From assembly GCA_973895155.1 (NCBI GenBank), contig OZ316891.1, positions 18,687,048 to 18,751,047 on the forward strand: a DNA stretch of 64,000 nt, given 5' to 3'. This DNA comes from Marsupella aquatica. Lineage: Eukaryota; Plantae; Marchantiophyta. The notes below the pieces were generated by a model. The model did not search any database. It worked only from the letters and a program-made list of their open reading frames with translations, and was not told the DNA's origin. Positions within the stretch are counted from its first letter, which is position 1. Each line of letters opens with the position of its first letter. Shown here piece after piece: positions 63,720 to 64,000 of this stretch. A program made the translations under genes and the position numbers.

Positions 63720-64000
63720 CTAGACTATATCCTTCCCCGTCAAAATCTTGTTGACATTTAGACCCCTGCTGAAAGCTTCGTTGAACAGTATCCTAGTCTG
63801 CATTGCCTGGAACCCTGGCAGCCATGAGAGAATCGCAACTGGAGTCATAACAAAAATGCCCATCGCCAACTCGTAAAGTCGTGCCACGGCGACCACGACT
63901 GGCCACACTGGAGTATTTTCCAAGAACGGCTTCCTCAGAACTTGACAAATCTGAAGCAGTCCCCATCCAGTAGGAATGAACGCTAGCATGCTGGTGAATA
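63720..64000 (-). CDS. Callose synthase (GSL/CalS), C-terminal end, partial
   Basis: LAFIPTGWGLLQI..VARLYE..ILSWLPGFQAMQTRILFNEAFSRGL. Confidence 0.95.
   Translation of the reverse strand, partial: FTSMLAFIPTGWGLLQICQVLRKPFLENTPVWPVVVAVARLYELAMGIFVMTPVAILSWLPGFQAMQTRILFNEAFSRGLNVNKILTGKDIV

Overview
Eukaryotic land-plant nuclear DNA. It carries spliced plant genes; the MinC-like and fungal-like genes suggest a bryophyte or liverwort, which is an inference. Positions 1-19.3 kb are a three-level transposon nest. A decayed Ty1/copia retrotransposon is interrupted about 12 bp upstream of its gag ATG by a 16.1-kb DNA transposon (1855-17974) with perfect 22-bp terminal inverted repeats (TIRs) and a 4-bp ATCA target-site duplication (TSD). 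That element encodes a reconstructable ~1238-aa Sola1-like/DUF7869-type DDD transposase, itself split by a 692-bp MITE with an 8-bp TSD. On the opposite strand it carries cargo: a spliced gene fusing a ParB/Srx-like domain to an N4C/N6A DNA-methyltransferase-like domain, and an FCP1/NIF-like HAD phosphatase. It also holds two unrelated tandem arrays of 21-bp palindromes that share a TCG-N9-CGA geometry, one family confined to predicted introns of the ParB-MTase gene. This element is the best candidate for an undescribed system. The rest is host gene space: an ETHE1-like gene lacking metal ligands, DUF538, an APH-like kinase, two CYSTM paralogs (one with a Cys-Gly expansion), pyruvate decarboxylase, an OCA-like pseudophosphatase, a MinC-domain membrane protein, a fungal-like MBOAT acyltransferase, the 3' end of a callose synthase, SINEs and small tandem duplications. 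Family assignments come from motif recognition only; no searches were run.
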